Source: the human T2T-CHM13v2.0 reference genome, Homo sapiens. Taken from it: a DNA stretch of 64,000 nucleotides. Of the stretch, positions 1 to 15,024 are shown one piece after another. The position numbers and the translations under genes were made by a program. The notes under the pieces were generated by a model that was given only the letters and a program-made list of their open reading frames with translations, ran no database searches and was not told the DNA's origin. Location of the stretch: NCBI RefSeq assembly GCF_009914755.1, contig NC_060937.1, one strand, 5' to 3'. Numbering within the stretch: position 1 is the first letter of the stretch; each line of letters opens with the position of its first letter.

Positions 1-366
1 AGGCAGGAATATCTTGGCTCATATGGGAACCATCATCTTTATGGCTACAGGACAGATTCTTTGTCTCCCCTTCATGGAGACCGATATTAACCCAGAAGTC
101 TGGGCAACTCAGGGGAAAATTGGCCAAGCCACAACTGCCATACCAGTTGTGATCCACCTTAAGGATCCTACCTCCTTTCCTAACCAGAGACAATATCTCC
201 CCAAACCAGAAGTTAGGAAAGGACTAGGAGCCATCATTGATAACTTAAGGATACAGGGCCTCTTCAAACCCTGCAACAGCCCTTGTAATACTCTGATACC
301 AGGGGTACAAAAACCCTATGGGAAATGGAGACTGGTCCCGGACCTCAACCTCATTAATCATGAGGC
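1..366 (+). mobile_element. Class I (gamma-like, HERV-W/ERV9-related) endogenous retrovirus fragment, end of protease and start of reverse transcriptase
   Basis: ORF 14..400 reads INPEVWATQG...HLKDPTSFPNQRQY...GLFKPCNSPCNT..GVQKP.GKWRLVPDL.LIN, matching the gammaretroviral RT N-terminus (S-P-C/W-N-T-P, W-R-L-V-Q-D-L). Similarity stops abruptly near 366. The element runs off the left edge. Confidence 0.9.
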
Positions 367-1304
367 CAAAATCAGAGGCCATTACTACGTGTGCTATTAA
401 GGATAGTACTGATAAGTTTAAATGTGTTTTATGGTCCCTGGATTGTTGAGATAAAGATTAAAAAATTTTTAAATGTGGATGATAAAATTTAAAATAAATC
501 CACTTAAGGATTATAAGTAAAGCTTATGAATTTCAACCTTAGAGAGGAAAAATTTGGTTGAATTTTTTCTCATTATTTTCTTATATCTTTGCATGTCTGG
601 TAAAATTTTATTAAATGCTCAGCATTTTGAATTTTACCTTGCTAGGCATTTGATGTTTTAAAATTCTTATAAATACTTTATCCACTATTCTAGGGTATAT
701 TCAGATAACTTGAGAAAATTTTGATTATCTGGAATCATGTTTTTAAGATATGTTAGATGAGACTGGAATAGTGCTCAGTGTACCATCACTAAACAGAAAT
801 GAATACTGAGTAATATCTACCATTACCACACTTACCATTACTAAAACAACCCACTCTGTGTACCCTACCCCCAAAATTATGAAGCCACTGCAGCTTGTGT
901 GAAAAGGCATTATTCCTGGCTTGTTTTAAGAGCTGGAAGTCTTATCTTTTCCTTTTCTGTAGTACTTCCCCTAGTTCCATTAGTAGGTAGCTTCCTCACA
1001 CATACGCACTTACCTGTGCTCAGCAGAATGCTTCAAATGGACCATCTTCAATTACCTCTCTCTCTCTCTCTCTCTAGCAGCCTGTCCTTCTTCAGTATTC
1101 TGTCCTGCATATTCTAGAACCATTTTTTTCTCCTTAGATTCTCAGCCCCCATCTCCTCAGTTTAGGCAGACTTCCTGGCTCTGCCTTGATTTCTCTCCCT
1201 GCTTGGAAACTCTCAAAACAGTTAGCTGGTTGTTCAGAGGATTTGATTCCTAAATGCCAGGAGTCACTATCTATTTTTATCTCATGTCTGGGTGTCTTGC
1301 TATT

Positions 1305-1347
1305 TATTGTTTGTATATTTTTACTATTGTTTGTATATTTTTACTAT
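1305..1347. repeat. 20-bp tandem duplication (tattgtttgtatatttttac) x2
   Basis: Exact copies at 1305-1324 and 1325-1344. Confidence 0.85.
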
Positions 1348-1479
1348 GTTTACGTTGTTTCTGGCAGAAGGGTTAGTTCTAGTCCCTGTCATTAATCCAT
1401 CTTGGTTGAATATGTGAATCCTTAAGGATTTTAAAATTAATATCATTTATTGTAGGTTGAGTATATACCCAAATACCAT

Positions 1480-3370
1480 TGAAAATAGAGAAAATTTTAA
1501 TTATTAAATAGATGTAATGGACAAACTCAGAAATCTAGTATCAAATATTAGAGAGTATTCATCTTTTCCATAACACAGGAAATATTTAAAATATTGATTA
1601 TATATTCCCATAAGGGGAGTCAAAATTAAAATTAAAAATATATATAATTATAACACATTTTTAGAAATAAGTTTTAAAAGTTTAATAAAACTCCATTTAT
1701 AAATAACATTTTTCTAAATTATTCACAGATCAAAATAGAAATCCTAGTAAAAATGTAAAACCTTTTATAACAATAACAATGACAATAATACCTATTGACA
1801 CACATATGGAATACAACAACATTCAAATATGTTATAATGTACAATTAAAATTATTATATTAGAAAAATTAAGAAATTCTGAGAATTATTTATTATATAAA
1901 GTATAAGAACCACTAAGTAGACTCAATGTGTGCAGAAGTATTGTGATATTAAATCAGGGATCATAAATCAATAAAGTAGAAAAATGAGACACATGAAAAT
2001 TACCAATTTAGCCAAAGGAAGATTTTTATAAAATTACAGTTCCACAGTAATATTGTGTCTGTGTGTGTGTGCGTGTCTGTATGTGTGTGTGTGAGAGAGA
2101 GAGAAGGAGAGAGAGAGAGAGAACATAAAACTGAGAAACAGTGACTACAATTGTCCACAAGAACAATCTAAAAATAGAATAAGAGGATGTTGCTAAATCT
2201 ATGCCAATAAAATTTAAAACTACAACGAATGGATAAATAATTTTAAAAGTACAATGCTCCAAGTCCTTGTCAAAAAGCAATAGCATGGATATGGAATTCT
2301 ATAGCTATTACAAATATTGAATCATTGGCTAAATCTGTTCCCGCAAGTAACTCCTCAGGCCATGTGATGAATTACCGGCAATTCTAACCAAACTTGCAAG
2401 AAAATGCATATTCCAATTGTACACAAATTTTTACAAGAGCGGAATCAGAGGTCACATTTCTCCACTCATTCTAGGAGGCCAATATGACTTTGATACAAAA
2501 ATGGAATTTGAGCAGTTCAGGAAAGAAAAACATCATCAGGTTAATAGAAATCATGAGCAGTAATTCAAATATCTTAAATAAAACAATTGTAACCTCACTC
2601 CAGTAGTATTAAAAAAAAATCTCAACGAAGCTGCGTTTATTCTGGTAAAGATGGAGTACCTAATTTTAGGTAAATTGTATAAATAAACTCTATTAAATCC
2701 TTAATTAAAGAAAAAATGTTATTTTAATTGATGTAAAATAGAGCCATTTTCTGAATTTCAAAATCTTTTTATTATAAAAAATAAATTAGAGGAAACTAAA
2801 ATTAAAATGTAAATGAAGTTATGTACAATAAATTGTACTAGGCCCCATTCTTCATTGTGAAATGATAGAAGTTTCCCTGTAAACTTGGGTAGAATACAGT
2901 AATATCAGTAATTGCTAATTTTATTCAGCATTATACTGAAAATAATGGTTGACAAATGAAAATACCTATAGTTTTAAGGCAAAAGGATTGTTAAAAATAA
3001 TCTTGTTAAAATTCAAAAGAGATAGAATTGTCTACATAAAAAAATTTAAAATATACATATAAAACAAGAAAGAATATGAGGGATTGGAGCATTTTCTAAT
3101 TCAGAAGGTAATTACATAGCTGCCAAAGAACAACAAATAGTTGATAATTTAATAAGTTGATTCCACTTTGAAAAGCAGTGACATTTGTAAGAAACAAAGA
3201 TAAAAGTTCAGTATAAAAAGCATCAAAGAGTGTCAAAAAAAAAAAGTACCTTACATGGAAGTCTCTAAAAAAGGCTTCAGTGAATTCAGATATTCAATGA
3301 CCATTACTACAAAATTTCCAAAACCAAAAGTCGACCATTATCCCCTACATGAATATAGATTCACTGAAGC
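1480..3370 (+). mobile_element. Highly decayed ancient L1 (L1M/L1ME-type) ORF2 remnant
   Basis: A-rich plus strand with residual ORF2 motifs, e.g. ctcattctaggaggccaatatgactttgatacaaaa (SFYEASITLIPK-like) near 2465. Boundaries approximate. Confidence 0.6.
2054..2121. repeat. Compound (TG)n(GA)n microsatellite
   Basis: Interrupted tgtgtg run followed by gagaga run. Confidence 0.9.
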
Positions 3371-4414
3371 TTTTAAGTCAGGAACTACATTCTTCATGAG
3401 GCTGTGCAAGAATGAGAATTGACTGCAATAACTCTCTGTCTTTGGTAGATTACATTTTCAGTTTGATGCAGACACTCTGAACTTGTGAATGCTCCTGAAT
3501 GGGTTGCACAGGCATGGTGGTTTCCTCCTCCAATGTTACCGAAGTCCTTGTTATAGGCTGTGACTACTGAACACCTATTGGGGCCAGCTAAATTCTAAGT
3601 GAGCTCGTTGGCATTACAGAGTTAATATCTTGTATTACAACTGGTGCTGGTGAATTCTAAATTTGTCTAGCATGAGTTGAATCCACTGATCTCAATTTCA
3701 TGATCTTTATGTGGGCTGCGAGTTGTTGAGATTATTCTGACACCAATCCATAAATGAAATGATTTAATGTCATTTGTTTATTACTACATCTCTGGTCATT
3801 GTACAATTATACAAAGAGTATATTATCAAATATTTGTTTAAAGAGTGAATAGGTAAAATTATGCCGAAGTTCCCTCAATCAAGGTGACTCGAAATGGTTG
3901 TCTGACAACATAATATTCTTTAGGCATTTTTACTTTTAGCTAATTAAGTTAGGAGGCTTTGTCTAAATACACAAAACTAGAATTCACATTCAGTTACATT
4001 CCATAACAGGAATAAAGGTCATAATAATGAACAATTTTTTCTACCATATTTTATATAACAATGTAAAATTTAATATTTTTGTTCTTAAGTGTAGAGTGCT
4101 AATATTTGTAGTATGAACAGCAATAAAAAAGACCAGAATAAATGGTGAGGGTGGAATAAACAAAGTTTCTTCTGATAAGGTTTTCAACCCTCCATAATAG
4201 ACATGGATTTTTATAGACAGAGTTTTAGAGGATGTACTTGGGGAATTGCTGTGATTTCTAAACTCATACAACCTTTGCAAAACCTTCTTTCTATGTTAGA
4301 CTTTATCAAGTATCGCTTAGCCTCACACTGCGGTATTCATGTGGCCAAAAAATCTGTCTAAAAACAGATTTATGACAATTTTATTGTACTGCTGTTACTG
4401 CTTTCTACGTCTGC

Positions 4415-4667
4415 TAACTGCCTTTCCTGAGCACTTAATCAGCGAAGCTCTGTCTGTGATAAGCATTCACATATATTCTGTCATTTAAATTTTAACGTTG
4501 CATGAGGGACAGACGATGTTATCCCCATCTTACAAATTAGAACTCCAAAGATAAAATGGTTTAAAAACTTAGTCCAAGGTGACACAGCTAGCAGAGGTGA
4601 TTTGAATTATTTGAATGGAGATCTATTTGATTGCAAGGCCTATGTCATTAATCACTGTGCTGCACTG
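4415..4667 (-). mobile_element. MIR SINE
   Basis: ttatccccatcttacaaattag...aaaaacttagtccaaggtgacacagctag is the MIR core in antisense. Confidence 0.75.
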
Positions 4668-5699
4668 ACGATTGTATGTCCTTCTATATATATAGGGCAT
4701 CTCTGTTTAACTGTTTCAATTCCCAACTCTATTTTTATAGTAATACTTTTAAATGTTTACATACTGGTTTTGCATTATCTACTACTCAGATGCACACTTC
4801 AATACATGTATTTCAAAACAATACATGAATGGGATACATTCTGAGCCTTCGTTTATCTTAGAAGTTACTTTTATTCACTCATACATAAATATGTTAGTGT
4901 TTTTTTATCAACACTATGATCTCATGAATTTTAGGTTTGCAAAAGAAGATACTGATATTGTCCATTAAAAGTAACAGTAACTACCACAACATACTGTCTA
5001 CTAGTATTACATAACGAGAATGTTATTTTTGTATGACCACTATTCTTCAATGCTTGTTTTCCTTTTTGGTTGCGATTTTGTTTTGTTGATATTTCTTAAC
5101 CCTCAAATAACCATTCAAAGTATTGTTAGGCTATTTCCAAGAGTCAGACTATATTGTTTTTATTTCCTAAAAAATGCAAGTTATTACAATTTGAATGTAC
5201 ATTTCTATCTAAAGCTCAAGAGAAAGCATTTAGTTTTCATATCACTTTGAATCTGCGTTTTTGCTATATTTGTTCTCTTCTCTGCATCAGGAACACCTAC
5301 TATTCATTTGCTGAATCATCTAGTATGCCTGTAGCTTAAAACTGTTGAATTCTTTTACCCCCATTGCAAGTTTATTTGACATTCTGTGTTGATCTATAGA
5401 ATTTATAACCTATTCTAATTGCCTCTGACTAGATTAGCAGTCATTGTTTAAAAGAGTTTTATTCATATATAATGAAGTCACTTGATCTATCCTGAATCTC
5501 ATCAAGAGTTATTTTAGTTCCTGTAAATGTATAAATTCCATAATAATCTAGACATGGACTTTTAGATAAACATTCAAAAGATAGAACTAAATAGTAAGAT
5601 TCAAAGGGAGAATTCTATTTAGAATGTAGTTATTGAAGTCCATATTAAATTCTTCATTTTTATACCACAATGGGGATGACAGAGTGGAAGAATTGAACA

Positions 5700-8060
5700 T
5701 AAATTAATTAGGCCCTTCCACAATTCTGTCAAACCAACTACGTCAGGATGGTTGGAAACATGGTAAAACTAGTAAATTTCATAAGGATGGGCCTTTTGCC
5801 ATTCTTTATTTGCTGTGAAGTGGGCTACTTGATCAGGAACAATGTTGCATGGAATACCATGATAGTGAATAAGGCATTTTTATGAATCCACAAATGATAG
5901 TTTTGTCACAAGCATTGCATCAAGGGAAGGCCTATCTATATCCAAAGTGTTTCTCTTCCAGTAAGAATAAAACTCTGCCTCTTCCATGATGGAAAGAGTG
6001 CAATGTAGTCAAACTGCCAAAAGGTAGTTAATAATCATGGTAGAGAATATCATTCAGGGTTGATCTCTGCTACTGGCAGATTTGGCACTCAGCAGTGGCT
6101 ATAGCCAGATCAGCCTCAATGAGTGGAAGCTCATATTGCTGAGCCTGTGCGTAACCTGTATCCCTGCCACCATCACCGGCCACTTTGTCTATGAGCCCAT
6201 TGTCCAATGGCAGGTTTGAGTAGGAAAGAGACTGGTATCTAAAGAATGGGTCATTTTATCCACTTGACTGCTATATCTTCTACTGTTGGGGTCACCCCTA
6301 TTGAATATTCACATAGAACACAAATGTCTTCATGTTCTTTGCCCATTCAGAAGTCTATCCAGATATCTCTTCCCCAGAACACCTTGTCACCAATTTTTTA
6401 ATCATGTTCCTTCAAATTCCCTTATCATAGAGCTAAACCATTGGTCATAGCTCATACATCAATATATACTCATATCTCTGGCCATCTTTCTTTCCAGCCA
6501 AAATAAGCAACCGAATACATTGCTCAAAACTCTGCCCACTGGAAAGATTTCCCTTTGGCATTCCCCTTTAGGGATATCCTAGGAAGGGGCTGTAGTGCTC
6601 AAGTTTTTCACTTCTGGGTGATGCTAGTTTAGTGTTCAGAACTCTCTATAAAGCAGATCTGAGTTTTCTCTTTCTTGGTCTAATAATTGTAAGAAATTGC
6701 CCATGAGGCTATAAATATAGTCTGGGGAAGCAAAGGTAATGTAGCAGGCATAGGGACCATTGGTATTGAGGTTATATTTTCATGTATTGTTCCATCAAGG
6801 TCTGCTCAAACCTGATCTTGTATATACCACTTCCATTTGATAACAGAGTGCTGTAGTACACACCCCACTTTATGACTTGGGAGATAAAACAATTTCTGGC
6901 TCATACTGGAAAGCTCAGTTGCATAAAAGCTTGGTGGCCCATGGTTAAGTATTCTGTGTCTAATAAGGCCCAGTAGCAAGCCAAAACTCTTTCTTAAAGG
7001 CAAATAATTATCCACAGAAGGTGGCATGACTTTGTCAAAATCCTAAGGATATGTACTGTGATTCAAATATCGGAACATGCCAAAGGTTTTAAATAGCATA
7101 ACTTTCTGTCACTGACACATCAAGCGCCATCAGATCTGCTGTATCCTGTGGCCGAAGTGTTACAGCAGCTTGCATGGCAGCCTGGAATTTTGCATACACT
7201 TCTCTTCTGGGGATTACTCAAAATTAGCTGCTTTTTACATCCCTTGTTATATGAGCCAGGATAGCACATCCTGATGAAAAACATGTTGCTCTGGAATTAA
7301 AATTAGATGGCTGGATGCTGTACCATTTTTTTTTTCGGTTGTAGGAGGTACCAGATGCAATAACTAATATTTCACCTTAGAAGAGCTATCTCAACATACC
7401 CTGCTTCACTTTACCTCTAAAAATTTCTCTAAGGAAGTCTCATGAATTTTTGTCAGATTGATATTACATCCTCTGACATAGATTTCTTCTCAATACATCT
7501 ATAAAAATTACTACTTATTGCTTACTCAGTCCAATAGGCATAACATCAATATTATAGACTAAAGGATTGTCTTATAGAAGGGAGTTTGATCGAGGTCTCT
7601 GCAGATGAAATTGTAGTAATCGGGGGAAGAATAGATATAATCTCAAGCTTGGACAGTAAAGGTGCATTGCTGACATTGCCAGCAAAATGCAAACAGCTTA
7701 TGGTGGTCTGTTTTTTGACAGGTATTATGAAAAAAAATCTCCTAGTTCAATAGTTGCATAACAGATGCCAGATGATGTGCTAATTTGTTCAAACAATGGA
7801 ACCACTCCTGAAAAGCAGCTGCAGTTGGTTGAGTTTATAATAACCTACTGTCATTCCCTGAAACTCATCTTTTTTCTTCACAGACCAAATAGCTGAGTTG
7901 AAGGAGACATGGGGGCAGTCACCATCTCTGTATCTTTTTAGTTCTTGATGTTAACACTAATCTCTGCAGTCCTCCAGGAGTGCAGTATTCCTTTCAGTTT
8001 ACTCTTCTCTTAGGGAGAAGTGATTCTAGTGGCTTTTATTTGGCCATTCAAAACTCATGC
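5700..8060 (-). mobile_element. ERVL (HERV-L/ERVL-E-like) internal pol fragment covering RT, RNase H and start of integrase, decayed
   Basis: The reverse strand at ~6300-6410 reads KEHD*KIGDKVFWGRDIWID.., close to ERV-L WKEHDWKIGDKEIWGRGMWMDL. An RT-like segment near 7540-7800 resembles HYIDDIMLIG and EQINTSSG. There are many stops and frameshifts, and no LTR was recognised on either side. Confidence 0.8.
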
Positions 8061-8099
8061 TTGAGCCACTGCATAACTAGATTTTTTAAAAAATATTTT

Positions 8100-9231
8100 G
8101 ATTATAAATTAACATCATACATAAATATTAACTGAAAATTTATTTTGGGCCTAGAAATAATAGTTGAAATTATAAAAGGCCTAAAAGGAAATAATAAAAA
8201 TATTTGATAGAAGTTTGGCAAGAACTTATTAGATAGGACACAAAAAATATGAATAGTAAAATAACAATAGTTCGTTAATTTGTGCTTCATGCTAATTTTT
8301 AAATTCTCTTCAAAATACACCAATTACAGAAGATAGCAGGCAAGAAGACAAAGACTAGGAGGAAATATTTCAATAAATATACTTAATAAAATTGTTGTAA
8401 TCAGAAATTTTAAAATTCTCTTAAATTTCAGAGAGAAGACAAGTAGACAATTAAAATTTTGGAGCAAATATTTGAATGTACAATTCCCAGATGTTACAGA
8501 AATGATAAATGACCACACTGAAAAATGCTTAAAACCTTAGTCACAATAGAAATATAAAATTAAGCCATAATGAGTTAGCCATTTCATAAAGGAAAAAAAA
8601 AAGGACTAGTGATAGCAACTGTCGGTAAGAATACATAACACTCAAAATTTTCGAGTGGATTTGTGAAACAGTAAAAACATTTGGACATAGTTTGGCTGTT
8701 TCTTATAAAGCTAACTATTCACTTACAATATGGGCTAGCAATTTATTTCTTAAATATTTGACCAAAGGAAGCGGAAACATACATCTACAAAAAGAATCAT
8801 ACAGAAATATTAAAAAACTCTTTTATTGATAATAATCCCTAATTGTATACATTTCATCAAGAATCAAATGAAGACACACAATTAGACATTTTGGTGTATC
8901 TATGTGGTGGATTTCTTTTCAGTATTAAAATGAATGGGTTCTGATAAAATCAATAAGGATGGTTAAAACATTATGCTGAGTAAAGGAAGACAGTTATCAA
9001 AGATGCCACAGACTCTATGGCATATGATACCATTTGTATATGTCTTGGAAAAGCCAAATCTAACCTATAGAGATAAAGTGTTTCATTTGTCACTTGTTAT
9101 CACTATGTCGGGTGGAGAATGACTGGTAAGAGGCACACAGAAACTTTTGGGGTTACGGAAATATTCTGTGCTGTGATTTTGACTGTCGTTTCGTGATTGT
9201 CCATATATGTTGCAACAATAAAATTATTTCA
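8100..9231 (+). mobile_element. Old L1 (L1MD/L1ME-type) ORF2 end and 3' UTR
   Basis: Degenerate L1 3' motifs: aaacattatgctgagtaaaggaagacag, gaggcacacagaaacttttgggg. Confidence 0.65.
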
Positions 9232-9657
<426 letters not shown>

Positions 9658-9877
9658 TTAAATAGATAAGCTAATCCTGCATCCAAACTACAGGAACAGT
9701 CTTATATAACTGTTTTGTCTCTTGAACAAAAAGTGAGAAGAAATAGTAAATGATGATATCTCCACAGTGTGAACAATGTGGACTGAGGTTGGATGGAAGT
9801 TAAAGACCCTTACAAAAACCATATTTAGTCTTTGTGAATAAAGAAATTTTCTACCAATAGTATCATTGTGATTCAGG

Positions 9878-9930
9878 ATATCTATATCTATATCTACATA
9901 TAGATATAGATATGTATATATACAGAGAGA
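9878..9930. repeat. (TATATC)n/(GATATA)n low-complexity inverted microsatellite
   Basis: atatctatatctatatctacatatagatatagatat. Confidence 0.8.
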
Positions 9931-10779
9931 GTGAGGAAGAAGGTGAATGTGAAATAAATTTCACCAGCGTTCTGCTGCTGAAGCCTGAGGCCCCTGGCAG
10001 AAGTAAGAAAGAAATGTGTGGCACAAAAGGCAGTTCCTGGCCAATGGAGAAAGGACTGCTAAAGGCAGAAAGCCTCCTCAAGAAGCAAGCAGATTTTTTT
10101 TTTCCAAAAATACTAAAGCAATTTTTATTTTATTTGCATTAGTTTGCTTATTACTTTTTAAATATATAGCAACAAACAGTTAAAACACTCCAAGCCTGAT
10201 AAGGTACTACTAAGGATACTTGACATAGTGCAGCCCCACCCCATCTTGTTATCACATGTGACAGCATTTCCTCTGAAATCTTCATTTTCATCTTCAATTT
10301 TGTGACTGCCCACCCTTATGATTTAGTTAGTATTATGTAGGAACAATCACCCCAATAGATATTACCCACCTGGAACTGCAGAGTCAATGATTATAGTCAC
10401 TTTCCTCAAAGCACAGTTATACTCTCTTAGTTCTTTTCTGTTCATCTTATAAAACATTAGCTGTCATTATGCCCAATTTTTTTTCCCGTTTGTTTGTTTT
10501 CTGAACTGTCATCTTGGCTATTGACCAGTGGTAGAGAAAAGTTACAGAACTTGCCAAACTATTTAAATATTAAGGTGTCAACCACAAATTTTACATGTTT
10601 TAGAAATACTCAGAAATGTCACCATATTTTCATTTCTAACTCTCTAGGAGGACAATCTCTGCCTCATCTTGCCCCTGCAGCCTCCTTATTTTACTCAACC
10701 ACAATTGGTGATTTTTAAAATGATACTTCACTAGGTAAATATAACTTAATGAAATGAAAAATATCTCATCTTCCACCAG

Positions 10780-11290
10780 AAACACTCATAAACTCATTTG
10801 CACCCAGCCTGACAGTCGCTATCTTTCCTTCTGTTACAACGGGAGATGTGACCTAATTTTCTGGGTTACGTGATTTCCATTCATCTCAAAAGCCCTTGTT
10901 TCTTTCCTTACGCTCAATTCCTTCTGCATCTTTCTTGCCTTTTGATAATTTCTATTAACATATAATCATGGTTTAAATTCCCCCATCTTATAAATAAGTA
11001 GAAATAATGAAAGTTTTTGTTTCTCAGTATGTAAAATAAATGTTCGAAGAACAGGTTACCTAGTAGGGGTTTGCTAACAACTGCCTGGCAAGTCTCCCAG
11101 CTTCATTCTTCTCCTCCTTCAGTCTGTTCTTCACACAAACGGGAGTGATTCTCTTCTATCAAAGCTATTGGCAAGTAAGATACAGAAAGGCAATGATTCT
11201 TCTCTGTTTCCTCTCTCATGAGCCCTGGTTCCTAGTAGAAAGCTTAGCATCTAGTAGGCAGTTAAAATATATTTATTGAATAACTGAATG
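10780..11290 (+). mobile_element. L2 LINE fragments with 3' terminus
   Basis: cttagcatctagtaggcagttaaaatatatttattgaataactgaatg matches the L2 3' end. Left boundary uncertain. Confidence 0.55.
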
Positions 11291-11899
11291 TATGGACAGT
11301 CAATGTCTAAACCACGTGGCTGCTGGGTGTCACACCCACTCGAAATTCCACTAGTGTTCTGCTCTCTCACCACGCACAGATCCGTCTCCCTTCCTACTCT
11401 GCTCAGTTATGCCAATGGCTTTACAGTCTAGAGACCCTGTGTTTAAGCTTACAGAAGAATATACACCAAGAGAGTTATAGTGGCAAAGCAAGAGGAAAAA
11501 TGAAAAAAAAGGTATTTGGGTTAGGATGAAAAAGATAAAAAGGAATATCCCACTCATTTTTATATTTTTAAACATTAATTTTTCCATTTTTTTTCACATC
11601 GACAAACAAAGAATACTCATGACGAAGGTAGGGAAATGAGGTAACTGCATGTTACAAGAGTGAAGCATTTTTATTTTCCCTTAGTCATCTCAAATATAAT
11701 CACTTAATAAATAACATAGTATATGGAATTCCTTTAAGTGCTCCAAGCAGCTCGTGATATAATATTGTAATTTATTTTAATATGTGAATTTCCTTTGTGA
11801 TTCTTGGATAATCCATATCACAGAAGTACTATAAATATAGGACACATATAAAAGATCTCTGAAATTTAGGTGTTTGGGCTTTTTCTTTCTTTCTTTTTT

Positions 11900-12802
<903 letters not shown>

Positions 12803-14761
12803 TAAAATTATTCCACTTTTTGCCCCAATGTTTTTGCTAAGTTTAAAATATTTTTGCAGGCTATCTTATTTATTTGTTTTCTGTTTTTTCATTTATTGAA
12901 TAATTCTAAGTGTATTAATATAGCAGTAAGGACTCAAGGTCAGATATTGTTTAGTGGAACTAACTCATAGATAAAAGTTACATACTGTACTTCACTTTTT
13001 AGAGTTTTCTGTATTTGAGATAAAATATACTGTGACAATTGACTGAGTAAAAACAGAAAACTGCATTTTATCAGTTCATTTTTAGTAGAGTGATGGAGAA
13101 ACTTAAAAAAATTGATTCTGAAGAGCCAGTTATATTTTATTGGTTTACTATCATATAAAATTTGTTCCAAATATTTATTTTTTCCAAATTAGACGCTGTC
13201 ATATATCCCCTCTACTATAAAACATCACTATTTTCCTCCTAAATCTCAGACAAAAATGTTAAATTATATAAGCATGTAAGCTTACTGACAGAGTAGTTGA
13301 AAAAACAAAATACTTTGAAAAGAATTTTCATCGGTACTGGCAGTAATAACATTTCCTTTCTATTCCTGTACTTTGTGGATTAAAATGATGCCTAGCATTT
13401 TCTACCTGACAGTGGTGACAATGCCAAATTCTCAAATACCCTCATATAATACATGTTTGCAATGACGGTTGCTACTATTGTTAATTGCTAAAAAATTTTC
13501 ATTAATTAACAGTGCAATTTAATTATTTGATTACCTAACTCTGTAATAATGTGAATGAATTGTTTTTATTTTATTAAAACATTTGATGATTATAATTTTA
13601 AATGTATTTACATCTAAGTCATTTTTTTCATTTGTGTGCCTTTTTCCATATACAATCTGGTTTCATTTTATGGGAAATGACTTTTATGAGGGTGACATTA
13701 ATGTTAATTGAGTTGTTTCATCTACTTGATTGTGTATCATGCTGAAAGTGTCACGTTAATGACGAAAGCCATCAAAACAACAAAGTTATTGTGTTATTAA
13801 TTAACTAAGATTATTCGTTTTGTTTTCTTAATTTTCAAATATTTGAATGCAACAGTGTTACATGCAAAAAATAGAACATAGAGACCTGTTCCTCACCACT
13901 GGGTAAAGTATAATCACTTCAGAAATGAAGTCTGACAGATGCTATTTCTGGTTAGCATCTGGAAATGGCATGTCAATCTCTGAAAGCTTATTACTCAATA
14001 TCAAAGAGGATTTAGCATTTAAAGGGAAATAATCTAAGTCAGTCCATGAGATCAAATAAATAAATAAATAATTTCATCTAAAAATTTTCCATCCCGTTTG
14101 TCTTCTTTCACCTTTCTTTCAAATCTGTTAGGATAGGAAGAAAAAAACCTTAGTCTGGCATACTTTCTATTCTTCCTTACACACTTTCAAGCGTGTATGA
14201 TGTCTCATGTGTGAAATTTTGTAGTTGCATATTTAGATGCTAAGATACTGACTATTTGCATTTTGGCGTAATACATTTTTGGAAATAAGTGTGTGTTGTG
14301 GGGGGTAGAACTCAGTTAAGTAATTAAGCTATGGAAATAAATTTATAAATCAGTTAAGATAATCAAACATTTATAAACACCTGTGTGCATTGTATGATAT
14401 TCAACACACATAGTGGTTTGTGACTGCTTCAGAATTTTTTTATTAATATGCTGACCAAATAGAGGTAAAAGAACATTTAATTTCTCCAATGGCCTATACT
14501 TCAAGGACCCAAGTATTAGAGACAATATCTATCACTCATATTCATTCGTATATATCTGCTCTGAGAGTTCCAACTTTCTTTTGAATTGCTGCAGAGGACA
14601 AGTATGTGTTGCATTTTTTCTGTATTTAGATTATACTCCTAAAGTAAGAGATGGAATCATGAGACAGACACAGATGAGGCTGAAGTATTTTAATCCTCAA
14701 AATCCTTGACTGAAACTTGTCCCCACTTCCCAGCAAATTGAAAGAACCAGTCTTTACCTGC

Positions 14762-15000
14762 TTAGCAGTTGCCTATTGTTGTGTAACAGATTATCCCAAA
14801 TTTCAAAGCAACAAACATTTTCTTTTTTATCTCACACAGCTTCTGAAGGTCCAAAAACAAATTATGGGTTAACTACGTGGCTCTAGCTAAGCATCTCTTG
14901 TGTTTACATTCGCTTGTGAGTTGGGGTGAAGACATCTGAAGGCTTAACTAGGACTGAAAGATCTGTTTCCACAGAAGTTTACTCACATACACGTCAGCTG
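14762..15000 (-). mobile_element. Old MLT1-family LTR fragment
   Basis: ctattgttgtgtaacagattatcccaaa...aaacattt...atctcacacagcttctg is typical of an antisense MLT1 3' end. Confidence 0.6.
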
Positions 15001-15024
15001 GAGGCCCTAGTCATTGCCATGTCT

